From assembly GCA_003345555.1 (NCBI GenBank), contig PRDJ01000018.1, positions 1 to 32,000 on the forward strand: a stretch of DNA of 32,000 nucleotides, written 5' to 3'. Of this stretch, positions 16,556 to 25,258 are shown piece after piece. Position 1 is the stretch's first letter. Every line of letters starts with the position of its first letter. The notes below the pieces were generated by a model, which ran no database searches, was not told the origin of the DNA, and worked only from the letters and a program-made list of their open reading frames with translations. The DNA is from Candidatus Thorarchaeota archaeon. Lineage in GTDB: Archaea; Asgardarchaeota; Thorarchaeia; Thorarchaeales; Thorarchaeaceae. The translations under genes and the position numbers were made by a program.

Positions 16556-16571
16556 ATTCTTGCGCAAGAAT
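16556..16571. promoter_or_regulatory. Perfect 16-bp palindrome in the divergent trnW/rnhB promoter region
   Basis: ATTCTTGCGCAAGAAT abutting a TATA-like TTAAAT on the minus strand (16551-16556). Confidence 0.5.
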
Positions 16572-16622
16572 CATCGCTTTCTGTTGGTATATCGTGAATG
16601 AAGGATAGCACGACAGTAATAA

Positions 16623-17333
16623 GTGCCGCAGCCTCAGGATAGAGTCATGAGAGAAACGGGACCAGGTCTCCGGGGCACCGCAGGTATCGATGAGGCAGGC
16701 CGGGGGCCAATGATTGGTCCCCTTGTTGTCTGTGGTGTGCTCGTACAGCCAGAGTCTATAACTGAACTCCAGCGAATTGGCGTTCGAGATTCAAAGACCC
16801 TGACTCCCAAGCGTCGTGTCGAACTTGCAAAGAAGATTCGAGGTATTGCAGACAGAATCAGTCTCAGACGGATCTCCGCAGCCAGAATTGATGATTTGAG
16901 AGCCAAAGGGGTGACGATGAATGAGATCGAGGTTCGGGCATTTGCATCGATTCTTCGTTCTCTTCGACCAGACAAGGCATTCATCGACGCAGCAGACATC
17001 AACGCCCAGAGGTTTGGCGTCCTGATTGGTGAAAAAAGCGGTCTGGTGTCGCTTGGCTGCAGCATAGTTTCAGAGCACTTTGCAGATTCTACTTATCCAG
17101 CTGTCTCTGCGGCATCCATAGTCGCAAAGGTAGATCGTGACAACCGCATCAGAGAGCTACAGAAGAACTATGGGGCATTCGGCTCTGGTTATCCGTCGGA
17201 TTCCAGAACTGTTCAGTTTGTTCGTTCCTTTGTTGTCGACAAGACGCCACTACCTGCAATAGTGCGAAAAAGCTGGAAGTCCGTCGAGAGAATCCTGAGG
17301 GAGAGCAAAGGCGAGCAGATGCGGCTAGGCTAG
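16623..17333 (+). CDS. rnhB: Ribonuclease HII
   Basis: GIDEAGRGPMIGPL, DSKTL, IDAAD, SAASIVAKVDRD, GSGYPSD; ATG 16647 is an alternative start; C-terminal QMRL resembles a reduced PIP box. Confidence 0.95.
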   Translation: MPQPQDRVMRETGPGLRGTAGIDEAGRGPMIGPLVVCGVLVQPESITELQRIGVRDSKTLTPKRRVELAKKIRGIADRISLRRISAARIDDLRAKGVTMNEIEVRAFASILRSLRPDKAFIDAADINAQRFGVLIGEKSGLVSLGCSIVSEHFADSTYPAVSAASIVAKVDRDNRIRELQKNYGAFGSGYPSDSRTVQFVRSFVVDKTPLPAIVRKSWKSVERILRESKGEQMRLG

Positions 17334-17340
17334 GACTAGT

Positions 17341-18303
17341 CTATATTCCTGACCTTTCCTCGATAATCCTCTTTAGTTCACTTGGCTTATCAATCTCGTC
17401 GAGTTCTAGCTGCCTGATAACAGGGAGGTCGGAGACCTGCTCCTCCGCCTTTCCTTCTTCGACTACTATTATCGCGCTCGATTCCGCAACTTTGGAAACG
17501 CTCTTCAGTATCTCCACGCGTTTGTGCAAGTTCAAGCTCTTGAGAGAGCCAATACTGGTCAATAGCGGCGGTCCTTCTTCTTTTGCAGCCACATGGAAAG
17601 GCGCCCTGTCAGTCCAGAGCACTTTCATTCCGAGCCTCTCAAAGAACTCATTCACACGTTTCTCAAGACCCGGGATATCCCTTGGAAGTCTTGACCGATC
17701 AAGATGCTTGCGTCCAACCGGCTTCCTGAGTATGTCTATTGGGATGATGAGGTCGGTCTCAAGCACTTCCTCTAGCCTTGCGGCTACTTCCGAACTAACA
17801 TCCATCTCGTCCTTTTCGTAGGCAAGAATCGCTCTTGTAGAAACCTCCACGCACTCCGCAAGCTGTTCCTTTGTCATTCTGCGTGAATTGCGCGCTTCTC
17901 TTAGTCTGACACCATCGATGGCAACAAACCTTCCTCCTCTCTGAATGAACTCTCGGGGAGCTTGTCCGTCGGTCGTCACGCTATGAAAGCTTGGAGGCGT
18001 CACAGTGAACACGCCATATCTTTTGTAGGCCGTCCCGTCTTCCAGAACGCCCCTGCGCGCTCTCTCGCCCACTACTAAGGCAGTGGCATTGAAGAACAGC
18101 GCTACCTGTTGAAGAGCAACGGCGTCGTCTTTCGTCAGGGCATCGATGTTTGAAAGGACCTTTACAAGGATGAGTTGCTCTCCTTTACGTGCCACCAAAT
18201 CGAAGCAGCTGGGTCTCACGTCACACTGTGATGAGAACTCAAACCCAGCCTCCTCTAGGTTCGCCATGACCTCACGCATCAGCTGGTTTCGAGTGACAGT
18301 CAT
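17341..18303 (-). CDS. Archaeal HTH transcriptional regulator (COG1395-like; central Cro/C1 HTH flanked by PD-(D/E)xK-like domains)
   Basis: PSCFDLVARK..LILVKVLSNID, LREAR..MTKEQLAECVEVSTRAILAYEK, RAPFHVAAK; start ATG 18303 preferred to 18336. Confidence 0.85.
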   Translation of the reverse strand: MTVTRNQLMREVMANLEEAGFEFSSQCDVRPSCFDLVARKGEQLILVKVLSNIDALTKDDAVALQQVALFFNATALVVGERARRGVLEDGTAYKRYGVFTVTPPSFHSVTTDGQAPREFIQRGGRFVAIDGVRLREARNSRRMTKEQLAECVEVSTRAILAYEKDEMDVSSEVAARLEEVLETDLIIPIDILRKPVGRKHLDRSRLPRDIPGLEKRVNEFFERLGMKVLWTDRAPFHVAAKEEGPPLLTSIGSLKSLNLHKRVEILKSVSKVAESSAIIVVEEGKAEEQVSDLPVIRQLELDEIDKPSELKRIIEERSGI

Positions 18304-18385
18304 CGTCAGTGCCTTAGGTAAACTTGCTGCGAGCATATTTCAGGATTGCTAAATATGATACTTCAAGCAGTGAAGGACCGTGGTC

Positions 18386-18832
18386 TCACTCGGTGTCAGG
18401 AGCCAGTGCGAATCCGATGCATGTTGTCGAAGGCATCTTGCGCCGAAGCAATTGCACTTCTGGCCGGGCCAATGTATCGATAGGCTTCCAAGTCTTGATG
18501 GTCGTCCATGGTAGGTCGACATGTCCTACGACCATCCTTCGTATCAGGAAAGACTCGACTCTTCCTCCAGCTATTGTGAATATACCCGGTCCTAGGTCAA
18601 GTCTTCTGAGAATAACTATTGGAAGCCTTAGTTCGCTTTGGTACTCGGCTGGGACTTCCTTTGAAAGCATTTCAATCTCCTCCTTTCGAAAGGAGGAGCT
18701 CTCCCCATTACGTGTGACAAAGGACGGCGAATGGCTTACAATGAGTTCAGAGAGTTTGATGGTTGAGCTTGGCAAATGGTTGTTAGCCTCGTCTATCTCT
18801 CGCTGGATTGTTCTCTCAAGCAGGCCCGTCAC
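18386..18832 (-). CDS. DUF61 (UPF0216) family protein
   Basis: EI..AN.HLP, RNGESSSF..EEIEML, LRLPIVILR motifs; conserved position after fibrillarin. Confidence 0.75.
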   Translation of the reverse strand: MTGLLERTIQREIDEANNHLPSSTIKLSELIVSHSPSFVTRNGESSSFRKEEIEMLSKEVPAEYQSELRLPIVILRRLDLGPGIFTIAGGRVESFLIRRMVVGHVDLPWTTIKTWKPIDTLARPEVQLLRRKMPSTTCIGFALAPDTE

Positions 18833-19527
18833 TTTATGTCCTCCCTAACACGGCACACAGCAAATACATGGTCTCTATCAAAGGGCTCAAGGTCGATTTT
18901 CTCGATGACCTCAAGTCCGAGTCCGTCGAGCTTGGAGATTTCCCTGCTATAGATTTGGTTCACATCCGAAGTCGAATCTATACTGCGCGCTTTGATTGCT
19001 ATCATTGCCCAAGCACCGTATGAGCAGAAGGTCGAAACATTGTCGTGTAAGATTCTGGCCTGATCCGGCTGTGCAATATCCTGGTATGTCACATCAATCT
19101 GGCTCGAGACAATTGGAGCATATCTAGCCGGATGTCTAGCATCGTCTATGATTGGCACAATATTGCTCCGGGAGGCGGCGAGACGAATCAATCCTCTTGC
19201 TATCGTAGGCGAGAACTCGACAGCATAGACAACACCTTGGGGCCCCACAATATCAGACACATGACTGACTGTCGTACCTGAGGACGCTCCCAGATAGAGC
19301 ACCTTAGAGCCGGGCTGAATCGGCATTTCGTTGAGACCGTTCTGCATGGCAGCTGCCAGTTTCGATCTATTCAGAGACCAGACCCTGAAATGGCCCTCTT
19401 CAGTCATGACGATCCTTTCACCGTATACACTCTGGCCCGGGACCAGACTGCGCGTGGCAAGGAGCGTTCGGCCATCCTCGGTGATAGTAAAGACACCTGG
19501 AAATCTGTGAGGTTCTATGCTCACCAA
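18829..19527 (-). CDS. flpA: Fibrillarin-like rRNA/tRNA 2'-O-methyltransferase
   Basis: VYGER, RSKLAAA, VLYLGASSGTTVSHVSD, VEFSP, YQDIAQPDQA. Confidence 0.96.
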   Translation of the reverse strand: MVSIEPHRFPGVFTITEDGRTLLATRSLVPGQSVYGERIVMTEEGHFRVWSLNRSKLAAAMQNGLNEMPIQPGSKVLYLGASSGTTVSHVSDIVGPQGVVYAVEFSPTIARGLIRLAASRSNIVPIIDDARHPARYAPIVSSQIDVTYQDIAQPDQARILHDNVSTFCSYGAWAMIAIKARSIDSTSDVNQIYSREISKLDGLGLEVIEKIDLEPFDRDHVFAVCRVREDIK

Positions 19528-20780
19528 TTGCGTCCTCCGCGTCTCTTCTCCTTCTTGTACTGACCCTGCCCGGAAGGACGCGATCTGGGGGGTCTGCTTT
19601 TCCTCGTTTCCGGCGGTGGTCTTTCGGGCGGCTCGGGATTCTGCTTCCGTATTTCTTCGGTTCTCTTTTCGAATGCTTTTCTCAGTTCTTCTCCAACATC
19701 CCTGCGGGAATAAGCGTCGATCTTGGCTGCAATACTCAGCTTTCCTGCGAGTGCCCTGGCAATCTTACCTCTCTGCCAGTATGGGGCAGAGTAAATCTCG
19801 GGTACTTGGTATATGATGCCGTGTTTTGGCGGGTCGGTTCCGGTCTTCAGACTCCGGAACAAGGCTCTTTCTGCACCGTAGACTTGGACTGTACTAGAGG
19901 GTCTGGAAGCCAAGTCCTTCATTGAACCTGCTAGGCTAATCAGGCGGGCCCCTACCATCGGTCCTACAAGTGCGGTTATGTTGGGGGCCAGAGTGCGCAT
20001 CATAGACCCGACATAGTCTTCAAGCTCTCTCCTTAGTTCGTAGAGGCCTTGGACCCTCTCAGCCAAGCGGCTGATTATTGCCAGGTCTGCTTCCTCAAAG
20101 TCTGCTCCCATATCCTCGTCGAGGTTGCCAATCACTGACTGAATCAAGGAATCCGATAATCCTGCTGACCTGAGCCGTTCTTCGTCAACTTGGTTGCGTC
20201 CCTTGCAGGCTATCACAACACGGATGAATTGTTCTTGGTCTTCGACTAGCTTGCTGAGCGAGCTGTGATGCAAGGAATACCATTCTCTCAGCCGCATGGC
20301 CGCCACATTGATTGATTTGTCGATTTCACCGATAGCATCAATCGCATGCTTGACCAGAAGGTCACGTGCTTCGCTTGCCGCACTTACACTGGATTTCGCA
20401 AGAATGAGTCCAACGGCGCGTTTGAATGCTCCCGCTTTCTCCTCAGACTCAATAGCACCTGAATCCTGAAGATGCTTCTCCATGCCCATTCTAAACCATT
20501 TTGCCGTGGGTGATGACTGTTCAACGCGCACAGGGATTTTGGTCAATGTCGAGACGGCTCGTGCTATTGACGGGCTCTCGACGACAATTTCGTCAGTGTC
20601 AGACCTATCCAGTCCTTTCACGGCTTGCGTGAGACCAGTGGTTGCCTTGCCCTCGTTTGCAGTCGAGACTTCCAAAGCGGAAGCATCCACATCCGGGTAA
20701 GTCATGTATTCAGCAATCACATTTGCGTTCTTGTCGAGCACGAATGTGCCAAAGGCAGTGAGGGCGAAGTAAACTGGCAA
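19521..20780 (-). CDS. nop5: Box C/D RNP scaffold Nop5 (Nop56/58)
   Basis: RLREWYSLH, APNITALVGPMVGARLI, SSTVQVYGAERALF, PPKHGIIYQ, RGKIARALAGK. Confidence 0.96.
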   Translation of the reverse strand: MPVYFALTAFGTFVLDKNANVIAEYMTYPDVDASALEVSTANEGKATTGLTQAVKGLDRSDTDEIVVESPSIARAVSTLTKIPVRVEQSSPTAKWFRMGMEKHLQDSGAIESEEKAGAFKRAVGLILAKSSVSAASEARDLLVKHAIDAIGEIDKSINVAAMRLREWYSLHHSSLSKLVEDQEQFIRVVIACKGRNQVDEERLRSAGLSDSLIQSVIGNLDEDMGADFEEADLAIISRLAERVQGLYELRRELEDYVGSMMRTLAPNITALVGPMVGARLISLAGSMKDLASRPSSTVQVYGAERALFRSLKTGTDPPKHGIIYQVPEIYSAPYWQRGKIARALAGKLSIAAKIDAYSRRDVGEELRKAFEKRTEEIRKQNPEPPERPPPETRKSRPPRSRPSGQGQYKKEKRRGGRNW

Positions 20781-20864
20781 ATCACATCATCCGCTTGCCT
20801 TGGCGCATCGCATCATCATAAGGTTGACTATCAGCCAAAGGTCCTGAAGACACCGCGTGCCATT

Positions 20865-21779
20865 GTGCTTATTACAGCCCCTCAGCTAGTCCCACAAGAT
20901 GAGATTACATTGAAGATTGAAGGATATTGGCTGGCATCCGGAATCCTAGGCGTCACGGGTTCTAGCATGCGTCGAGTAATCAATGCTGGAGCGGACGCAG
21001 TAGTAACCAAGTCAATCGGTCCGCGTCCTAGGAAAGGAAACCCCGGCCCAATCTTGACCGCATCTCATGGTGGCCTATTGAACGCAGTTGGACTGACTAA
21101 CCCGGGCATTGACCAATTCTCGGAAGAGATGGAATTGATGAAGAGCTCTGGCATCCCGGTCGTTCTAAGTATTTTCGGATCCACGATTGATGAGCTGGTA
21201 GATGTGGCCAGAAAAGGCGTGAGTATGGCACCCGCTGCCATCGAGCTGAATCTTTCATGCCCTCACGCTGAGATTGGTCAGATATCGCTCGACCCCTGTC
21301 TAACTTACGATTTTGTTCACGCAGCAAGAGAGGTCGCTGATTGCCCCTTGCTAGCAAAAATCACGCCCAACGCATCAGATATCGTCGCAATAGGACAAGC
21401 TGCAGAACGTGCCGGGGCAGATGCTGTGGTCGCCATTAACACAGTGAGAGCGATGAAGATTGACATCTACCAAAGACGGCCTGTCCTTGCCAACAAGGTC
21501 GGAGGCCTATCAGGGCCGTCGATATTCCCCATAGCGGTCCGATGCATATACGACTTGTACAGCGCCCTGTCGATTCCCATCATTGGTGTCGGAGGAGTGT
21601 CCTCATGGGAGGACGCGATTGAGATGCATATGGCCGGGGCAAGAGCGATTGAGGTGGGAACTGCTGTCCTACAGGGCATCGGCATTTTCAGACAGATTAA
21701 GGAAGGGGTGCAAGTCTATCTCAAAGAGCAAGGGTTCACTGACATTTCTGAAATCGTGGGCATTGCGGGGAGGACATGA
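20865..21779 (+). CDS. pyrD: Dihydroorotate dehydrogenase family 1B, catalytic subunit
   Basis: LASG, VVTKSI, NAVGLTNPG, ELNLSCPHA, KITPN, INTV, GGLSGP, IIGVGG; start placed at GTG 20865 because the track's 20625 start overlaps nop5 on the other strand. Confidence 0.92.
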   Translation: MLITAPQLVPQDEITLKIEGYWLASGILGVTGSSMRRVINAGADAVVTKSIGPRPRKGNPGPILTASHGGLLNAVGLTNPGIDQFSEEMELMKSSGIPVVLSIFGSTIDELVDVARKGVSMAPAAIELNLSCPHAEIGQISLDPCLTYDFVHAAREVADCPLLAKITPNASDIVAIGQAAERAGADAVVAINTVRAMKIDIYQRRPVLANKVGGLSGPSIFPIAVRCIYDLYSALSIPIIGVGGVSSWEDAIEMHMAGARAIEVGTAVLQGIGIFRQIKEGVQVYLKEQGFTDISEIVGIAGRT

Positions 21780-22606
21780 GAATGGACATGTCTCAGCTTG
21801 TTGGGAATCCGCAATCCGTTCGCGTGAGCAAGATCATCAGCGATAATGAACGAGTCCGAACACTAGTCTTTCCTATGCGACTGACAGACAAGGAAATCCA
21901 ACCAGGTCAATTCCTTATGGTCTGGGTTCCCGGAGTGGATGATATCCCAATGAGCGTCTCCATGTGGAATCCTCCCAACGTTGGAATCACAGTCCTTCCG
22001 GTAGGAGAAGCAACCCAGTCGCTCACTGCAACGGCAGAGCGTCAATGGCTAGGAATCAGAGGTCCGTTTGGGAATCACTTTGATCCTCAGTCAGGAAGGG
22101 TGCTTGTTGTTGGCGGTGGAATTGGAATTGCACCGCTTAGGTTTCTTGTTTATCGACTTCGTGAAGTGGGTGCAGATATCACTTTCCTGATGGCTGCACG
22201 AACCGCGAAAAATCTAGTCTTTGTCAACGAATTCAGCAAGCAAGCTGGCAAGAAGATACGCGTGAAGATTGCGACAGATGATGGATCTGCAGGCTTCAAA
22301 GGACTCGCAACCGATGCCGCAGAGGATCTTCTCAGAGGTGCCGATTTTGACATCATGTATACGTGTGGACCTGAGAGGATGATGGCTGGACTCTACAGGA
22401 TAGCCAGTCAACGGAGGATACAATTCCAAGCTTCTCTTGAGCGATTCATGAAGTGCGGGTGCGGGATTTGTGGATCATGCGCATTAGACCCAACTGGCGA
22501 GCTGGTGTGTCTGGATGGCCCCGTGTTCACTGGAGAAAGACTTGCCCAACTCAACGAGTTCGGTAAGTACTGCAGAGATTCCACGGGAGCAAGAAAGGCT
22601 CTATAG
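21776..22606 (+). CDS. pyrK: Dihydroorotate dehydrogenase electron transfer subunit
   Basis: PGQFLMVW, RGPFG, VGGGIGIAP, TDDGSAG, CGPE, ERFMKCGCGICGSC...CLDGPVF [2Fe-2S] motif; overlaps the pyrD stop (ATGA). Confidence 0.94.
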   Translation: MRMDMSQLVGNPQSVRVSKIISDNERVRTLVFPMRLTDKEIQPGQFLMVWVPGVDDIPMSVSMWNPPNVGITVLPVGEATQSLTATAERQWLGIRGPFGNHFDPQSGRVLVVGGGIGIAPLRFLVYRLREVGADITFLMAARTAKNLVFVNEFSKQAGKKIRVKIATDDGSAGFKGLATDAAEDLLRGADFDIMYTCGPERMMAGLYRIASQRRIQFQASLERFMKCGCGICGSCALDPTGELVCLDGPVFTGERLAQLNEFGKYCRDSTGARKAL

Positions 22607-22622
22607 CCAATATGCTACTCAA

Positions 22623-22817
22623 TCATGCCATGCCGCGTCTTCTGGGCGGGTAACTCTGTGCTGTAACACCCACAGTTCGACCGCGAACGAATCGCTTGAC
22701 GTAGTTGTTCTTATTTCTCACTCGCGGGATGGGGGTATGCCGCTCTCGAGCCTGGACCTTTGGAGTCGCCTCTCGGACTTTTCCTGCCTTTGTTAGTGAA
22801 CCATGTGAACCAGGCAT
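22623..22817 (-). CDS. rps30e: 30S ribosomal protein S30e (eS30)
   Basis: SHGSLTKAGKVR..TPK signature followed by PRVRN..Y.KRF. Confidence 0.93.
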   Translation of the reverse strand: MPGSHGSLTKAGKVREATPKVQARERHTPIPRVRNKNNYVKRFVRGRTVGVTAQSYPPRRRGMA

Positions 22818-22967
22818 TTGCAGCTTCCTCTATTCAAGTTTGCATCATAATCTTCGGGCTGCTCATAAAAAGCTATCCAATGAGCACGACCTATTTCGCT
22901 TCGCCCAAGGTCATGGAAAGAGCGTATCGCTTAGTATTAATGTCTACACGGGGCTAGACGTGGGACA

Positions 22968-24572
22968 ATGTCTGCCACAGATGAAGACCTCGGTCTCCGA
23001 AGAGAGATCATAGAAATACTGCTTAGCTCAGAAGGCTCTCTCGACAAACAGGCTGTCAATCGCATCAAGAACTCTGTCTGTGCAAAGTACAAGCGAGCTG
23101 AGATTCCCTCGAATGCAGACATACTTGAGGCTGCTCTGCCCGAAGAACTTGAGGTACTTACACATCTGCTGCAAAAGCGTCCTGTGCGGACAGTGTCAGG
23201 CGTTGCCGTTGTTGCCGTGATGACCAGCCCCTGCCGCTGTCCTCATGGGAAATGCGCGTATTGTCCTGGAGGCCCAGAGAATGGTGTGCCCCAAAGCTAC
23301 ACCGGCTTTGAACCGGCCACAATGAGGGGCTTACAGAATGAATTTGACCCATACAGGCAAGCGGAGAGCAGACTGAACCAACTGAGAGCGACCGGACATT
23401 CTGTCAATAAGACAGAGCTAATTGTCATGGGTGGAGACTGGTGTTCAAAAGAGCAGAGCTATCGAGAGTGTTTCGTCAAGGGCTGCCTTGATGCGATGAA
23501 CGGCGGGATTAGTAGTGACTTCGAAACCGCGAAGGCCCTCAACGAAGTCTCTCAAGTCAGAAACGTCGGCATGACGTTTGAGACACGACCAGACATGATA
23601 ACTCCTCAAGCTGTGGATGACATGCTGAGGCTAGGTGCAACACGGGTTGAGATTGGCGTTCAGAGCCTTTCCGACTCAGTACTCAAACTGGTCGAACGTG
23701 GACATGATGTTGCGGCTACAGTTCGCGCCACAAAACTGCTCAGAGACTCTGGACTCAAGGTCTGTTACCATATCATGCCCGGCCTTCCCAATACCACGCC
23801 TGAAGATGACTTGGCCGGGTTTGAGCAGCTGTTCTCCGACTCCCGATTTCGTCCTGACATGCTGAAAATCTACCCTACACTGGTCATCAAAGGTACGAAG
23901 CTTCATGATTGGTGGGTGCGTGGCGACTATATTCCCTACGAAACAGAATCGACAGTGGACTTGTTGGCCCGGGCCATCAGCAAGATGCCTGAGTATGTTC
24001 GGATTCAGCGTATGCAGAGAGACATACCCCTTCACAAGATTGAAGCGGGCCTGACCAAGGGCAACCTGCGGGAACTCGTACACGAGAGGATGGGGGCTCT
24101 GGGTCTCAGGGATCGTACGATAAGATACAGGGAAATCGGTCATTACGAGATGAGGACGGGGCAGAAGGTCAGTATCAATCATCTACAATTCGTCTGCCGC
24201 GACTATGAAGCCTCAGATGGAACTGAAACGTTTTTGTCATTCGAAGAGCCTGCCTCTGACGTAATTTGCAGCTTCCTTAGACTTCGCAAGCCAAGCAAAG
24301 ATGCGCACCGACCTGAGCTTGCGGGAGGTCGAGCTGCGATTATCCGTGAGCTGCGGGTTTATGGCCCCGTTGTTGATATTGGAAAGAGGAAACCTGGGGC
24401 TTGGCAGCATTTAGGCCTGGGAGAGGAGCTTGTTTCTGCAGCCGAGAGAATAGCCAGAAAGGATTACCACGCAGAACAGCTTCTGGTCAACAGTGGACTT
24501 GGCGTCAAGCAATACTATAGAGACCTTGGTTTCAGAGACACAGGTCCATACTTGGTCAAGGCTCTGCGTTGA
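22968..24572 (+). CDS. elp3: Elp3 tRNA uridine(34) acetyltransferase (radical SAM plus KAT domain)
   Basis: RTVSGVAVVAVM, CPHGKCAYCPGG, PQSYTG, MGGD, ETRPD, KIYPTLVI, RIQR..RDIP, RE..VYG, WQH.GLG, SG.GVKQYYR.LGF. Confidence 0.95.
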   Translation: MSATDEDLGLRREIIEILLSSEGSLDKQAVNRIKNSVCAKYKRAEIPSNADILEAALPEELEVLTHLLQKRPVRTVSGVAVVAVMTSPCRCPHGKCAYCPGGPENGVPQSYTGFEPATMRGLQNEFDPYRQAESRLNQLRATGHSVNKTELIVMGGDWCSKEQSYRECFVKGCLDAMNGGISSDFETAKALNEVSQVRNVGMTFETRPDMITPQAVDDMLRLGATRVEIGVQSLSDSVLKLVERGHDVAATVRATKLLRDSGLKVCYHIMPGLPNTTPEDDLAGFEQLFSDSRFRPDMLKIYPTLVIKGTKLHDWWVRGDYIPYETESTVDLLARAISKMPEYVRIQRMQRDIPLHKIEAGLTKGNLRELVHERMGALGLRDRTIRYREIGHYEMRTGQKVSINHLQFVCRDYEASDGTETFLSFEEPASDVICSFLRLRKPSKDAHRPELAGGRAAIIRELRVYGPVVDIGKRKPGAWQHLGLGEELVSAAERIARKDYHAEQLLVNSGLGVKQYYRDLGFRDTGPYLVKALR

Positions 24573-24598
24573 GTCCGTGAACGTCCAAGGAGGAAGTA

Positions 24599-24716
24599 TG
24601 GCGCCGAGGAGGAGATTGATTCGGCCATGACGGAGTGTCAGGACCTTTGAACTCCTGAGTGCAGAGCACACCGGTTTTCAAGACCGGCGCCTTAATCCGG
24701 GCTTGGCTACCTCGGC
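24599..24716 (-). tRNA. trnS: tRNA-Ser(TGA) with a 30-nt T-loop intron (58/59, 24617-24646) and encoded CCA
   Basis: Acceptor GCCGAGG/CCTCGGC plus GCCA, D arm, anticodon stem CCGGT/ACCGG with loop CT-TGA-AA, long variable arm GTGC-TCT-GCAC, T stem AGGAG/CTCCT; removing the insert gives 88 nt. Confidence 0.92.
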
Positions 24717-24806
24717 CCACCTGCAGGTTTCTTCCTGTAGGACGCCCCCCGTTGGAAACTGCTTTTAAGCTTCTTGGACTGCCCGATAGGGAAGGAGCGA
24801 TTCCGG

Positions 24807-25238
24807 TTGAAGCATGGCTTCAGATACCATGGACATACATCTGATGTCACTATAGAATGCTGGGCTCCCACTCTCGAGAAGGCATTCGAGGAGGCCGCAC
24901 TGGCAACCCTTGAGGTAATGGTCGACACTTCTCATGTGAGAGCCCTCGAGTCAGTGGAGGTCAGCGTCAAAGGAGTCGATTTGAAAGAGCTTCTTCTATC
25001 TTGGATTGGGCGGCTCATCGCTCTTGTGGACATCAACCAGCAGTTCTATTCGAGATTCGAGGTGAAAGGAATCTCGGAAGCCTCTGATGGATTCTTGCTC
25101 AATGGCAATGCGTGGGGAGAGACAATAGATTTCACAAGGCACAAGCCACGAACCGGGGTCAAAGCCATGACCTACGCTGACATGAGAATCGAGCAGTCAA
25201 GGGTAAAGACGGCGCTCTGGTTCACACTCGATTTGTAG
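24807..25238 (+). CDS. Archease (RtcB tRNA ligase cofactor)
   Basis: HTSDV, TLEKAFEEAA, LLLSW, GETID, VKAMTY, FTLDL C-terminus; start placed at TTG 24807 rather than 24774. Confidence 0.92.
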   Translation: MKHGFRYHGHTSDVTIECWAPTLEKAFEEAALATLEVMVDTSHVRALESVEVSVKGVDLKELLLSWIGRLIALVDINQQFYSRFEVKGISEASDGFLLNGNAWGETIDFTRHKPRTGVKAMTYADMRIEQSRVKTALWFTLDL

Positions 25239-25258
25239 GATAGGAGGTTCTGAGACTG

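Noticed and set aside
16414-16611. Short ORFs at 16324-16611 and an SRP helix-8-like GCCCAGACCGGAAAGGCAACGGGC
   Set aside because: The part within 16373-16512, including the helix-8-like segment, is the tRNA-Trp gene (D arm and anticodon stem); the ORFs overlap it and show no protein motifs
20625-20864. N-terminal 80-aa extension of pyrD in the ORF track
   Set aside because: Overlaps nop5 on the other strand and has no DHODH similarity; GTG 20865 gives a normal ~304-aa protein
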